This document shows positions 30,215-41,100 of a stretch of 64,000 bases of DNA, piece after piece. The stretch covers positions 531,522-595,521 of the forward strand of contig NC_022549.1 in NCBI RefSeq assembly GCF_000967915.1, in the 5' to 3' direction. The notes under the pieces were generated by a model. It was not told where the DNA came from. It saw nothing but the letters and a program-made list of their open reading frames with translations, and did no database searches. The first letter of the stretch is position 1; each line of letters opens with the position of its first letter. This stretch comes from Acholeplasma brassicae (GTDB lineage: Bacteria; Bacillota_I; Bacilli_A; Acholeplasmatales; UBA5453). Made by a program: the position numbers and the translations under genes.

Positions 30215-31111
30215 TTGAATCAAGGATATCCAACTGTTAAAATGAAATTGAAAGTAGGGGATCTTATGAATCAATTTCATCAAAAACCAACCACGCACTT
30301 AGGTGTCATTACACTTGAGGTTGTGAATTTAGAAAAAATGACAAAATATTACGAAACGGTTTTAGGGCTAACCACCTTAGAAGAATCAAGTGATGAGGTT
30401 TTATTAGGTGTATCCAATAAACCACTCATTAAGCTCTATAATAATAAAAACACGATAAAAGCTTACGAAAGACAAAGTGGGTTATACCACTTAGCCATCT
30501 TACTACCAACCATGAAAGACTTTGCGTCTTACTTATTATACCTTAATGACTTAAAGTTAATTGAGGGCTTATCAGATCACGGGGTATCTAATGCCGTGTA
30601 TTTTACCGACATTGAAGGTAATGGGATTGAGGTCTATGCGGATAATGAACCACAGTTATGGCCAAGAAAAAACGGTCAAATTGAAATGGTGACAGAACAA
30701 GTTGATGTGGAAAAACTCATGAAGTTAAACCCACGACCATTTACGAAATTACCAGAAGAAACCGTCTTAGGTCACATTCATTTGCATGTGTCTAATTTAG
30801 AAGAAGCGAAAGCTTTTTATGTGGGACTTCTTGGACTTGATTTGATTCAAGCTTACGGCAATCAAGCGTTATTTTTAAGTTTTGGTGGGTATCACCACCA
30901 CATTGGCTTAAATACGTGGCTTGGGACAAACATTAAAAATAGACAAAACAATCAATCAGGCATCAAGAGTTACCGTCTAATCTTCAATGACGAAGAAACA
31001 AGAAGTAATGTGGTCAAACGGTTGGTTGCCTCAGGCTATAACGTCGACCAATCAACTTCTGTTTATCAGGTTACCGATCCATTTGGGCTAACGATTCAAT
31101 TAGCATTGTAA
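30215..31111 (+). CDS. VOC-family (glyoxalase/ring-cleaving dioxygenase-like) two-domain protein
   Basis: Two βαβββ modules, each with an H/E metal-ligand pattern (GHIHLHVSNLEEAKAFY). Confidence 0.55.
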   Translation: MNQGYPTVKMKLKVGDLMNQFHQKPTTHLGVITLEVVNLEKMTKYYETVLGLTTLEESSDEVLLGVSNKPLIKLYNNKNTIKAYERQSGLYHLAILLPTMKDFASYLLYLNDLKLIEGLSDHGVSNAVYFTDIEGNGIEVYADNEPQLWPRKNGQIEMVTEQVDVEKLMKLNPRPFTKLPEETVLGHIHLHVSNLEEAKAFYVGLLGLDLIQAYGNQALFLSFGGYHHHIGLNTWLGTNIKNRQNNQSGIKSYRLIFNDEETRSNVVKRLVASGYNVDQSTSVYQVTDPFGLTIQLAL

Positions 31112-31294
31112 ATCAAAAATCAATAGCTTAATACAAGTAGAGCCCATGAGGTTCTATTTTTTTTACCGCTCGTTAAGCGTTGCACTTAACCAACAAAAAG
31201 ATAAAAAAGAGTGATTAAAAAGTCCTAGATGGTTAAAAAAACGATTGATAAAAAATAATGATTAATATATAATTTAGACAGGAGGATTTTAACA

Positions 31295-32707
31295 ATGACC
31301 GATGTATTGATTATTTTAGGTTTAGTAGCTGTTCTACTAATCATCTTATTTGCGGCATCCTACGTAAAAGTAAGACCGGATAAGGCCGTGATTATTACAG
31401 GACCAAGAGGCTCAAGAATCGTAACAGGTAAGGCAACCATACGTATTCCATTTATTCAACGAATCGATATGTTACCACTTGATTTGATTCAAGTCGACAT
31501 TCGTACGAGTTCAGCGGTACCAACCAATGAATTCATTAACATCTTCGTGGATGGGGTGGCAAACATCAAGATTCAATCCGATGAAGCATCGATTAGACTT
31601 GCGGGCGAAATCTTTTTGACAAGATCCTTAGAAGATGTTAAACAAATTGCAAAAGAAGTCTTAGAAGGTAACATGCGTGAAATCATTGGGCAAATGAAAC
31701 TACGCGAGTTGGTTCAAAACCGTGATAAGTTTGCTGAACAAGTGAAACTCTCAGCGCTTGCCGATATGAAGAAAATGGGGTTAGATATCGTTAACATCAC
31801 CATTCAAAACTTCGCAGATAAAAATGGCGTCATTGATGACCTTGGGGTTGACAACATCGCACAAATTCGTAAAGACGCGAGCATCGCAAGAGCAAACTCT
31901 GAAAAAGAAGTTGAAATTGCAACCTCAAAAGCCAAAGAGTTAGCCAACGACGCAAGAATCAAAGCTGAGTTAGAAATTGAACAACAAAATAACTCACTTG
32001 CCTTAAGACAAGCTGAGTTAAAACAAAAGGCCGACGTTGCCAAAGCAACTGCGGACGCTTCATATGAAATTCAGTTTGCCAACGAAGCGAAAACCATCAA
32101 TATCTCCAAACAAAACGCTGAAATTGCGAAGCGTGAAAAAGAAATTGAACTTCGAACCAAAGAAGTTGAAGTTGAAGAAAAAACATTAGAAGCACGCATT
32201 AAAAAAGCGGCAGAAGCCGAACGTTACGCCAGAGAACAAAAAGCTGAAGCTGAATTATTTGTTAGAACCAAAGAAGCAGAAGCAACCCTAGCCGAAGAAG
32301 AACGTAGAGCTCAAGCGGTAAAACTACAAGCCGAAGCTGAACGTTTCCAACAAGAACAAAAAGCCATCGGTATTCAAGCGGTTGGTTTGGCTGAGGCCGA
32401 AGCGATTCTAAAGAAAGCCGAAGCCATGAAAAAAATGGAAAGTGCTGCGGTATTAGAATTAGTTCTAAACTCAAATGTGCTTCCGAACATCGTTAAAGCA
32501 GCGGCTGAACCACTAACGAAGGTCGATAAGATCGTTATGTATGGTGATGGTAATAACACGAAACTAATGTCTGATGTGATTAATTCATCGACTCAAGTAC
32601 TTGAATCGGTTAAAGAAGCCACAGGACTTGATCTAGCTTCATTACTGGCTGGGTTTGGTGCAGCTAAACTAACCAAAGACGCAAGTAAAAAGGAAAGTGA
32701 CCAATGA
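31295..32707 (+). CDS. floT: Flotillin (SPFH-domain) protein, FloT/YuaG-like
   Basis: N-terminal TM, SPFH domain, and long Ala/Glu-rich coiled-coil repeats (EAERYAREQKAEAE…). Confidence 0.8.
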   Translation: MTDVLIILGLVAVLLIILFAASYVKVRPDKAVIITGPRGSRIVTGKATIRIPFIQRIDMLPLDLIQVDIRTSSAVPTNEFINIFVDGVANIKIQSDEASIRLAGEIFLTRSLEDVKQIAKEVLEGNMREIIGQMKLRELVQNRDKFAEQVKLSALADMKKMGLDIVNITIQNFADKNGVIDDLGVDNIAQIRKDASIARANSEKEVEIATSKAKELANDARIKAELEIEQQNNSLALRQAELKQKADVAKATADASYEIQFANEAKTINISKQNAEIAKREKEIELRTKEVEVEEKTLEARIKKAAEAERYAREQKAEAELFVRTKEAEATLAEEERRAQAVKLQAEAERFQQEQKAIGIQAVGLAEAEAILKKAEAMKKMESAAVLELVLNSNVLPNIVKAAAEPLTKVDKIVMYGDGNNTKLMSDVINSSTQVLESVKEATGLDLASLLAGFGAAKLTKDASKKESDQ

Positions 32708-33177
32708 AAAAGACCATACAAGTGGTAACGATATTTTTACTGCTTTCTTTGATGGTTGGTTGTCAAACAGAAAAGAAAACGTTTGAAAAAAATGGGGTAA
32801 GTATCACACTTACTGATAGATTCATTGAAAAAGAAGTGGTGCAAGTGGGTTTTTACTTGGAATCGAATGACCACATCTTTATGTCAAATCGCGAAAGTAA
32901 AGAATCACTTTCTTATATTGGCGTGTCTAGCTTAAGTCAGTACACCACACAAGTATTAGCATCAGCAGGAAAAACAGCTGAGGTTCACACAAGTGAGGAT
33001 GGGTATCGTTACGCGTATTATGAATCGGTGGTCAATGACCAAAGTTTTGGTTATATGTTACTGACATTTGAAGGCGAAGATCATTTCTACACCATGAACT
33101 TTGGTTGTTTATCTAAAAACTTGGAAAAGAACAAATCACTTTATTTCCAATGGGCAAAGACCATCGTCATCGAGTAA
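32704..33177 (+). CDS. Lipoprotein of unknown function
   Basis: Signal peptide with a lipobox LMVGC. Coupled to the flotillin gene. Confidence 0.5.
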   Translation: MKKTIQVVTIFLLLSLMVGCQTEKKTFEKNGVSITLTDRFIEKEVVQVGFYLESNDHIFMSNRESKESLSYIGVSSLSQYTTQVLASAGKTAEVHTSEDGYRYAYYESVVNDQSFGYMLLTFEGEDHFYTMNFGCLSKNLEKNKSLYFQWAKTIVIE

Positions 33178-33267
33178 CACATACAGAAGTTGACCGCAAG
33201 GTTAACTTCTTTTCATTTAAAAAACAAAGCTGTGATAAAATAGAATCAATGAAAAGAGGGATTAGCG

Positions 33268-33666
33268 ATGAGTGATTATTTTGTATCAATGACGTTTAAT
33301 GACCAGTTCAAAGGGACCTTAGAAACGAACCAAGCGAGCCTATCAATCGGTATGGAACAAGGGGACTTTAGACCATATCAACTGCTTTTTGGGGCCTTAG
33401 GGTCTTGTTTTTACGCCACTTTCTTAAGTGTGTCAAAAAAGATGAGACTATCTTTTGATGAAGCGATTGTGACGGTTGATGGTAAAAAGAGAACCACCAT
33501 ACCTGAAACCTTAGAAGTGGTCGATTTAACACTAACGATTAAAGGCGGGTCTGACCATGAAAAACTAAAAAAAGCGGCCAAACTTGGCGCGGATTATTGT
33601 TCGATTCATGAAACCATCAAGCAAGTCGCACAGATTAACTTAGAAGTCATCTTTATAAACGAATGA
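33268..33666 (+). CDS. OsmC/Ohr-family peroxiredoxin-like protein
   Basis: Carries the family motif FGALGSCF. Confidence 0.65.
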   Translation: MSDYFVSMTFNDQFKGTLETNQASLSIGMEQGDFRPYQLLFGALGSCFYATFLSVSKKMRLSFDEAIVTVDGKKRTTIPETLEVVDLTLTIKGGSDHEKLKKAAKLGADYCSIHETIKQVAQINLEVIFINE

Positions 33667-34127
33667 AAAAGACAACGCTTTGTTATCTAATTAAGGACGA
33701 TTCGTACTTAATGTTAAAACGAGATAAAAAAACAAATGACCCCAACCACAGTAAGTACATTGGTGTGGGTGGAAAAGTTGAGCCATGCGAGTCAGTTACC
33801 GAATGTCTATTAAGAGAAGTTTATGAGGAAACCGGATTTAAATTGACTGGTTATCATTACCACGGCATCGTCTATTTTCATTCCGATACGTTTGAGTCTG
33901 AAGAAATGCACTTGTTTACCTCAAGTGAGTATCTAGGCACCTTAAAAGAAACCATTGAAGGTAGTTTTTATTACGTCAATCAATCAGAGGTCTATGAGCT
34001 CAATTTATGGGAAGGCGATCCAATCTTCTTAAAGGCAATCGAAGAAAAACGACCATTTTTTAGACTAAACCTATACTATGAGAAAGATAAACTGATTAGT
34101 CATCAGTTTTTAGAAACACATGAATAA
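33663..34127 (+). CDS. Nudix hydrolase (MutT-like)
   Basis: Nudix box GGKVEPCESVTECLLREVYEETG. Confidence 0.75.
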   Translation: MKKTTLCYLIKDDSYLMLKRDKKTNDPNHSKYIGVGGKVEPCESVTECLLREVYEETGFKLTGYHYHGIVYFHSDTFESEEMHLFTSSEYLGTLKETIEGSFYYVNQSEVYELNLWEGDPIFLKAIEEKRPFFRLNLYYEKDKLISHQFLETHE

Positions 34128-34584
34128 AGACATATTTTTTGAAAATGAAGGGCAACAATTTCGCCTAAGAGCGTGTGGTATTATCATTAGAGACCAACAG
34201 GTGCTCATGGTAAAAAACGAACAGGATCGTTATTATTACGCGGTCGGTGGTGCAGTCAAACAAAACGAAACCACCGAAGAAGCCGTCATAAGAGAAGTGT
34301 TTGAAGAAACCGGACTTAGACTTGAAATCGATCGGCTATTATATGTTCATCAAAACTTTTTCACGTTTCGTGATAAGCCATTTCATGAACTTGCTTTTTA
34401 TTACTTAATGAAAGATAATCTAGGTGCCATTCAAAGTGACTCTTATAGCTTTGAAGGCGTAAAAGAACACATGGTATTCCTACCCATTAATACCTATCAT
34501 ACCTTTGAGGCTTACCCCAAGTTTTTTGCAGAAGCGTTAAAAAACATCAAAGACGATGTTAGTTTTATTACAACAAGAGAATAA
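34120..34584 (+). CDS. Nudix hydrolase
   Basis: Nudix box GGAVKQNETTEEAVIREVFEETG. Confidence 0.75.
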   Translation: MNKDIFFENEGQQFRLRACGIIIRDQQVLMVKNEQDRYYYAVGGAVKQNETTEEAVIREVFEETGLRLEIDRLLYVHQNFFTFRDKPFHELAFYYLMKDNLGAIQSDSYSFEGVKEHMVFLPINTYHTFEAYPKFFAEALKNIKDDVSFITTRE

Positions 34585-34598
34585 AAACGACTAATTTT

Positions 34599-35435
34599 TT
34601 AGTCGTTTTTTAAATGATTATTCATTTTTGTATGTTTACTTAAGAGTCTAGATAGCGCTTGACCAAATAAGAGCATTAGATAAGCAACTAAGCTAAATCC
34701 GAAGAAGTAAATGAGGACAAATAAGGTATGTGGTACGTGAGGCTCAATTAACGATAATACTGGTAACCCATTTTCAAATCGTGAGTTGATAAAAAACATA
34801 TTGAATGTACCATCGTTGATCAATAGATTAAATAGCCCGTTTAACACAATGGCGCTAAGAACTAAAACACCAAAGGTCGTCATGGCTTGTTTCATGGTTT
34901 TGAAGGTAAATTGAACCTTTGATAACAATAAACTCACGCCAACGATAGCCATAAATCCATGATGGACCATGGTTTGGATGTTAATACCAATGGTTTCAAC
35001 AAAAACAGTCGATGGGTACAACATGACTGCGATGCCTGCAAAAAAGCCGTAAGTGGACTAAAAAAGATAATAAGTGCCCTTCAAGTCGTTCGTTTTGGAT
35101 ATACCATAAAGGACAAACAAATACATTGGGGTTGAACAAAATTGGAAGGGAAACGCATACCACTGATAGTCGTTTGCCTCAAAGGTAAAAATAACTTGTT
35201 TGTATATCTCAAAAACTATCATGAATAAGCCTAAAAGCAGTAAGGTTTTCTTAAGTTCTTTTGTGGTGGTTTTCCTAGCGTATTTGACACCCAAAAACAT
35301 CATCAGAAACATCAATACTAAAAACAAGTAATGAAACCAACTCTCAGAAAATGATTCATAAGCAATGGGGGTTTTCATTTTGTAATCTAAAAATTCTAAA
35401 ATTTGTTGCATAACAGTTCTCCTCATATAATACAT
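34599..35435 (-). pseudogene. Polytopic membrane protein split into two adjacent same-strand ORFs (35435–35058 and 35024–34599); possible frameshift or authentic gene pair
   Basis: Both ORFs are hydrophobic and separated by only about 30 bp containing an A6 run. Neither has an obvious independent RBS. Confidence 0.3.
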
Positions 35436-35536
35436 TTATAAAATAAAATAGATTATAGCATTAGGGCAGAAATAAGCATAGATGAATCAAACAAAAACGC
35501 ATTTTTCACACGAGAAATGTAAAAAAATGCGTTAAT

Positions 35537-35731
35537 TTATAACTCTCTTTCAAACGTCAAATAAAATAGATATGTATCTACCGTGGTAATCTTATTTAAA
35601 CGGTAGCCAAGTCTGGCTTGTTCATTGATGGCTTCTTCAAGCACTTTTGCGTTTTCTTCCTTATTTTTGAGCATTTTGATTCGTATCGCAACGACTTTGT
35701 AATCGTACATATGTGACCTCCTTTGATTCAT
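35537..35731 (-). CDS. Small DUF4177-like protein
   Basis: 64 aa with the motif YDYKVVAI…LGYRL. Confidence 0.4.
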   Translation of the reverse strand: MNQRRSHMYDYKVVAIRIKMLKNKEENAKVLEEAINEQARLGYRLNKITTVDTYLFYLTFEREL

Positions 35732-35811
35732 TATCTAAGCATAGTTTAGCATAAAAATACGGATTAATAAAGATTGTTTTATGATTTTTTATAAAAAAAG
35801 AAAAGTGAGGT

Positions 35812-36354
35812 TCACTTTTCGATTAATAGCACAAATGGCGCATCCGTCTTATTGAGCATTTGGTAGGTACTCACTTGAAATGGTTTTTCTAAGGTTTTTA
35901 GATAAGAAAGCAGAAGTAGAGATTCTTTCTTACCTTCCTCATGCCCTTGGTAACAAGTCACTAGAATGAAACGAAGATCAGGTTCTTCTAAGAGTCGTTT
36001 GATTGTTTCTAGGGTTATCGTCGCTTTGGTTGTGATGGTTTTATCGCCACTTGGTAAGTAGCCTAGATTAAAGACGGCCCCATCGACGTGATTAACATAG
36101 TTTTGGTAATTTTCATGTGAGTCACAAACGAGTCTCACATTTTTGATGTTATGCTCATCCAAACGTTCTTTTGAGATTGAAATGGCTTTTTCTTGAATGT
36201 CGAATGCCGTGACGACAGACGCAAGCGTCGATAGTTTTAGTGTATCATAACCATTGCCTAAGGTTAAATCAAGCACATGGTCATCTTTTTTGACGTGGGT
36301 GTTTAAATAATAATCAACAAAAAATAGCATCTCATAATGCTTCATAAAGATCAC
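35812..36354 (-). CDS. ytqB: Class I SAM-dependent methyltransferase, YtqB/MnmM-like
   Basis: Motif VLDLTLGNGYDT. Gene pair with the upstream radical-SAM ytqA, as in Bacillus. Confidence 0.55.
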   Translation of the reverse strand: MIFMKHYEMLFFVDYYLNTHVKKDDHVLDLTLGNGYDTLKLSTLASVVTAFDIQEKAISISKERLDEHNIKNVRLVCDSHENYQNYVNHVDGAVFNLGYLPSGDKTITTKATITLETIKRLLEEPDLRFILVTCYQGHEEGKKESLLLLSYLKTLEKPFQVSTYQMLNKTDAPFVLLIEK

Positions 36355-37270
36355 CTTGAAAGAAGTTTTCTTTTCTCATGAGTTTGTCAATTTCGTTTTG
36401 AACCACAAATTTCTTTATGGTCCATTTGGGTTCAATTAAGAGTTTTAAAGGCGCATCACCAGTCACACGGTGAACGATGATGTCTTTTCTTAGATGTCTT
36501 AATTGTAATACCGTGATATCGACATAGTCTTCTAAGGATAAAATCGGAAATGGGTTCTTTTTATAATCAAACCCCATTTTGGTTTTTTCCATCACATGTA
36601 GCATGTGAATCTTGATGCCTTGGATGTCTAGCGTGTTTAGATGTTTTAGGGTGTCAAGCATCATTTCTTTGGTTTCATAAGGTAGGCCATTAATGATGTG
36701 AACGACGACCTCAATGCCTCTGTTTCTTAAGGCGAAAACAGCCTCATCAAAACAGGCAAGATCATGCGCCCTGTTAATCAAATCTGAGGTTTCTTGGTGT
36801 ATCGTTTGAAGCCCAAGCTCAACTTGCACTGGCATCTTTTGGTTTAATTCTTCTAAGTAGTCTAGGACGTCTTTGCCTAGGCTATCTGGTCTTGTTGCTA
36901 TCGAGATCATTTTGATGTTTGGATCGAGTGTGATTGCCTCATCAAAGAGTGCTTTTATCTTTTCGATTGGGCCGTGTGTGTTGGTATTGGCTTGGAAGTA
37001 TACGACATAAAATGCCTCATCTTTCCATTTGAGGTGCATCATTTCTTTGATGTTTGTAAATTGTTCTTTTAGTGGCTGATATTTATTACCTGCAAAATCC
37101 CCACTACCAAGCGGCGTACAAAACGTACAGCCGCCACGGGCGACGGTACCATCGATATTTGGGCAAGTAAAGTTGCCATTTAATGCGATTTTAAAGACTT
37201 TTTTTTGATATTTGGTTCGATAATAATTGTTTAATGTGTTATAATGTTTTTCAGTATTCATCAGATTCAT
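36332..37270 (-). CDS. ytqA: TIGR01212-family radical SAM protein (YtqA-like)
   Basis: Cysteine motif ARGGCTFCTP in a TIM-barrel radical-SAM fold. Overlaps ytqB. Confidence 0.7.
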   Translation of the reverse strand: MNLMNTEKHYNTLNNYYRTKYQKKVFKIALNGNFTCPNIDGTVARGGCTFCTPLGSGDFAGNKYQPLKEQFTNIKEMMHLKWKDEAFYVVYFQANTNTHGPIEKIKALFDEAITLDPNIKMISIATRPDSLGKDVLDYLEELNQKMPVQVELGLQTIHQETSDLINRAHDLACFDEAVFALRNRGIEVVVHIINGLPYETKEMMLDTLKHLNTLDIQGIKIHMLHVMEKTKMGFDYKKNPFPILSLEDYVDITVLQLRHLRKDIIVHRVTGDAPLKLLIEPKWTIKKFVVQNEIDKLMRKENFFQGDLYEAL

Positions 37271-37319
37271 AAAATCACCAATTGTATTTTAACACACCAA
37301 CACAAATATGTTATAATAA

Positions 37320-38123
37320 ATGATAAGAGGTTTTGATATGATTAAACGATTAAACATCAGTTTGTTTTCCCCAGGTAAAATTGCATTCTTTTTAAAAGAT
37401 AAGAAAAGATACGTATTAGGCTATCTTTTCCTTTTAACTATGGTGCTTACGATACCAACGGCCATTGAACTCTCATTTGATTCAGGGTTAAGTTCAAGTG
37501 AGCTGTCACAATTAAGTACGCAAGTAGAAAAACAAAATATCGACTGTAACATCACCTCAGGCGTTCTATCAAATGCGTGTGAGATTACACCGTTTAACCT
37601 TGGGCCGTTTGTCGTTACGACTACTGCGTCAAACGACAGCGAATACTATTTGGTGTTAGCTCAAAACGGGGTTCAATTTTCGTTTATGAACCAAACGCTA
37701 ATTGAACTGAGTTATCAAGATTTAAACCTAGAAAACATTGACTTATCACTAACAAATGAAACCGATAAAGAGACGTTTGAACAAGCGATTGTGACGTTAT
37801 TTGACAACACAAGAACACAAAGAAATACGATTTTTGTGATTTCAAGCTTTTTTGCAGACTACACACTTTTTATCATTCTAGCGTTATTGATTGCGTTTGT
37901 TTATGGCATGATGCCACAACGACTCAAATACCCATACCGCTTTAAGATGGCAGTCTATAGTTTAAGTCCTTACGTGGTGATTTTGTTAATTGGAAAGCTT
38001 TATGGGGTAGATGAGTTATTCTTTATTGGGTTATTCTTACCTTATATTTATATGCGCCTAGCCTACACTGGGCTACTAAACATGTCAAAAATAGTGATTA
38101 AAAAAGAAGAATCAAAAGACTAA
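37320..38123 (+). CDS. Membrane protein of unknown function (DUF1189-like)
   Basis: Several TM helices. Conserved position upstream of polC in Firmicutes. Confidence 0.4.
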   Translation: MIRGFDMIKRLNISLFSPGKIAFFLKDKKRYVLGYLFLLTMVLTIPTAIELSFDSGLSSSELSQLSTQVEKQNIDCNITSGVLSNACEITPFNLGPFVVTTTASNDSEYYLVLAQNGVQFSFMNQTLIELSYQDLNLENIDLSLTNETDKETFEQAIVTLFDNTRTQRNTIFVISSFFADYTLFIILALLIAFVYGMMPQRLKYPYRFKMAVYSLSPYVVILLIGKLYGVDELFFIGLFLPYIYMRLAYTGLLNMSKIVIKKEESKD

Positions 38124-38146
38124 ATAATACGATCAGGAGGGGTCAT

Positions 38147-41100
38147 GTGGATAAGTTTGAATTATTTATAAAACAGTCTAATTTTAAAGATGCCGTGTTA
38201 AATACCGCAACACTTACAACGGTTGAGGTCAATCCAAACCTCAAAAAATGGACCTTTAAACTCGTATTTGATCAAGCACCAAGTCCAAATAGTTTGGACT
38301 TGTTTTTAAAGCAGTTATCGCTTTACTTTAAAGTCCCAAGCCACGTCTTGCATATGGATTGGTTTATCTCGTTTAAAGATAAAGAGTCTTGGAAAAAAGA
38401 CGCGATGCTCTATTATCAGTGGATGATTAATCAAATTGTCGAAGAAAAAGGATCTATCTCAGTATTTAAAAATTACGAAGTCACGTTTAAAGAAAACAAG
38501 TATTTAATCTACATCGATCAAAGCTCGACGCATTTAAATAGACATATTAAGACCTTTGATCAGTTTTTTAACAAATACGGACTACAAGCGACCTTTGAAT
38601 TAGTCGTCAAACAAGAATTGGTTGAGACAAAAACACTGATTGAAGCAGATGAAATCAATACAATCAAAGAAATTGAAACCAGGGTCACACAAAAAAGAAG
38701 TTATAAAGAAGAACCAAAACAAGATTTAAAGAACTTCAAACGGGTGTATAAAGCAACCAAAGTCTCACCAATCAATCAAGTACCAAAAGACAATTACGAA
38801 TTAGATAAGCATCAAAACACCGTTGGGGATGCTAGTTTCGCCATTGAAGGTGAAATCATCAAACAAGAAATTCGTACACTTAAGAACTCGTCACTCTTAA
38901 CCTTAACGGTTGCTGATGAGGACGATGCGATTGTTGTTAAGCAGTTTTTATATAAAGAAAAAGACATTGAAGAAGCCTCAAAATATAAAATTGGCGATAT
39001 CGTCAATTGTAATGGCCGTGCGACTTATGACACGTTTGCCAAAGACGTGGTCATCATTGCTAATTTGATTGCATTTATTGAAAAAACATCAAAAAAAGAA
39101 CGTAAAGATACAGCAAAAGAAAAGCGCATTGAATTTCATTTACATACCAAGATGTCGAACATGGACGGGCTGACTGAACCAAGTGATTACGTCAACCAAG
39201 CACTTAAATGGGGACATAAAGCCATCGCATTTACCGATCACGACGGTTTGTATGCTTACCCTGATATTTACAAAGCCACCAAAGGCAAAGACATCAAACC
39301 CATTTATGGGGTGGAACTCAATTTCATTGATGAAAAAGGATTTAAGATGGCCTTTGATGACAAAGACATCTTACTAAAAAACGCGACCTATGTGGTCTTT
39401 GATATTGAAACCACAGGGCTTTCTAATCAACGAGATAAAATCATTGAAATTTCTGCGGTCAAAATTGAAAATTTAGCCATCACTGATTCATTTAGCTATT
39501 TCATCAACCCAGAACAAAAATTATCGGATTTTACCACCTCACTTACAAGCATCACCGATGATGACTTGAAAGACGCACCAACCATTAATGAGGTACTACC
39601 TAAGTTCATCGAATTTATCTCTGATGCGATTTTAGTTGCACATAACGCCTCGTTTGATATTGGCCATTTATACGCCAATATGGAAAAATTAGGCTTAGAA
39701 GAAAAGAGATTTCCAGTCATTGATACACTAAATGTCGCTAGATATTTTTACAGCGACCAATTAAAACGATTTAACTTAAAAGCGGTATCCAAACTCTTTA
39801 AAGTCAAATTAGAACAACACCACAGAGCCATTGCCGATGCGAAAGCAACGGCAGATGTGTTCATTCAAATGCTTCAAGACTTCTTTAAAAAAGAAATCTA
39901 CTTGCATTCGGATATCAATAAAGTGATTAATACAGAAGAAGCTTGGAAACACGGGTTTCCAAACCACATCAACTTGTTGGTTCAAAACCAAGTGGGTTAT
40001 AAAAACCTATTTAAACTGGTCTCAGACACACTAACGACACATTTCTTTAAAGGTCCAAGACTTTTAAAGAGCGTGCTTGATACCTTTAGAGAAGGCATTT
40101 TAGTCGGTAGTGGTTGTTACAAAGGCGAAGTCTTTGAAACAGCACTTAACCGAAGTGATGAGGAATTATCAGAGGTGATTGCGTATTATGACTACATCGA
40201 GGTTCAACCACCTCAAGCGTATCGTCATTTAAGACAAGACTTAGGCGTCGATGCAGATCGCATCATTCAAGGCTTAATTAAAAAGATCATTAACGAAGCC
40301 AAACGACAAAAGAAAATTATTATTGCCACAGGTGACGTCCATTACTTAAATGAATCGGATGCCATCTACCGTGACATCTACATTAGAACTAAGCTCGTTG
40401 GTGGGGGTATTCACGACTTGGCTTCCTACGACGAAGCCCCACTTCAATATTTCTTAACCACCGATGAAATGCTTAAAGCCTTTGAATTCTTAGGCAGTGA
40501 ACTCGCCCATGAAATCGTGGTTAAAAATACGAACCTATTAAATAACAAGATTGATCTCATTCAAGCCTTCCCTAAATCACTTTATTCACTTAGAGACGAT
40601 GCGTTTAGAGATAAGCTTGGTGTTACCTCAATTAAAACCGAAATTGACCGATTGGTCTATAGTAAAGCCCATGAACTATACGGCAAAACACTACACCCAA
40701 TCGTTTCAGCTAGAATCACTAGAGAACTAAAAAACATCATTGAAAATGAATTTGGACCGATTTATTATATTTCATACTTACTGACGAAAAAATCACTTGA
40801 TGACGGCTACTTAGTTGGTTCAAGAGGCTCGGTGGGCTCTTCTTTAGTAGCAACTCTAATGGAGATTACCGAAGTTAATCCTCTAAAACCACATTACCGT
40901 TGTCCAAATGGGGATTTTAGCGTCTTTAAGATGAGTAAAGAAGAAATAGAACAATATGGTATCAGTGATGATGAAAAAGCATTTCAACCCTATTTAAGTC
41001 AAATCCAATCAGGCTTTGATTTAGAAGACCGTGTGTGTCCGAAGTGTGGGGCTAAAATGCAAAAGGATGGTCATGACATCCCGTTTGAAACCTTCTTAGG

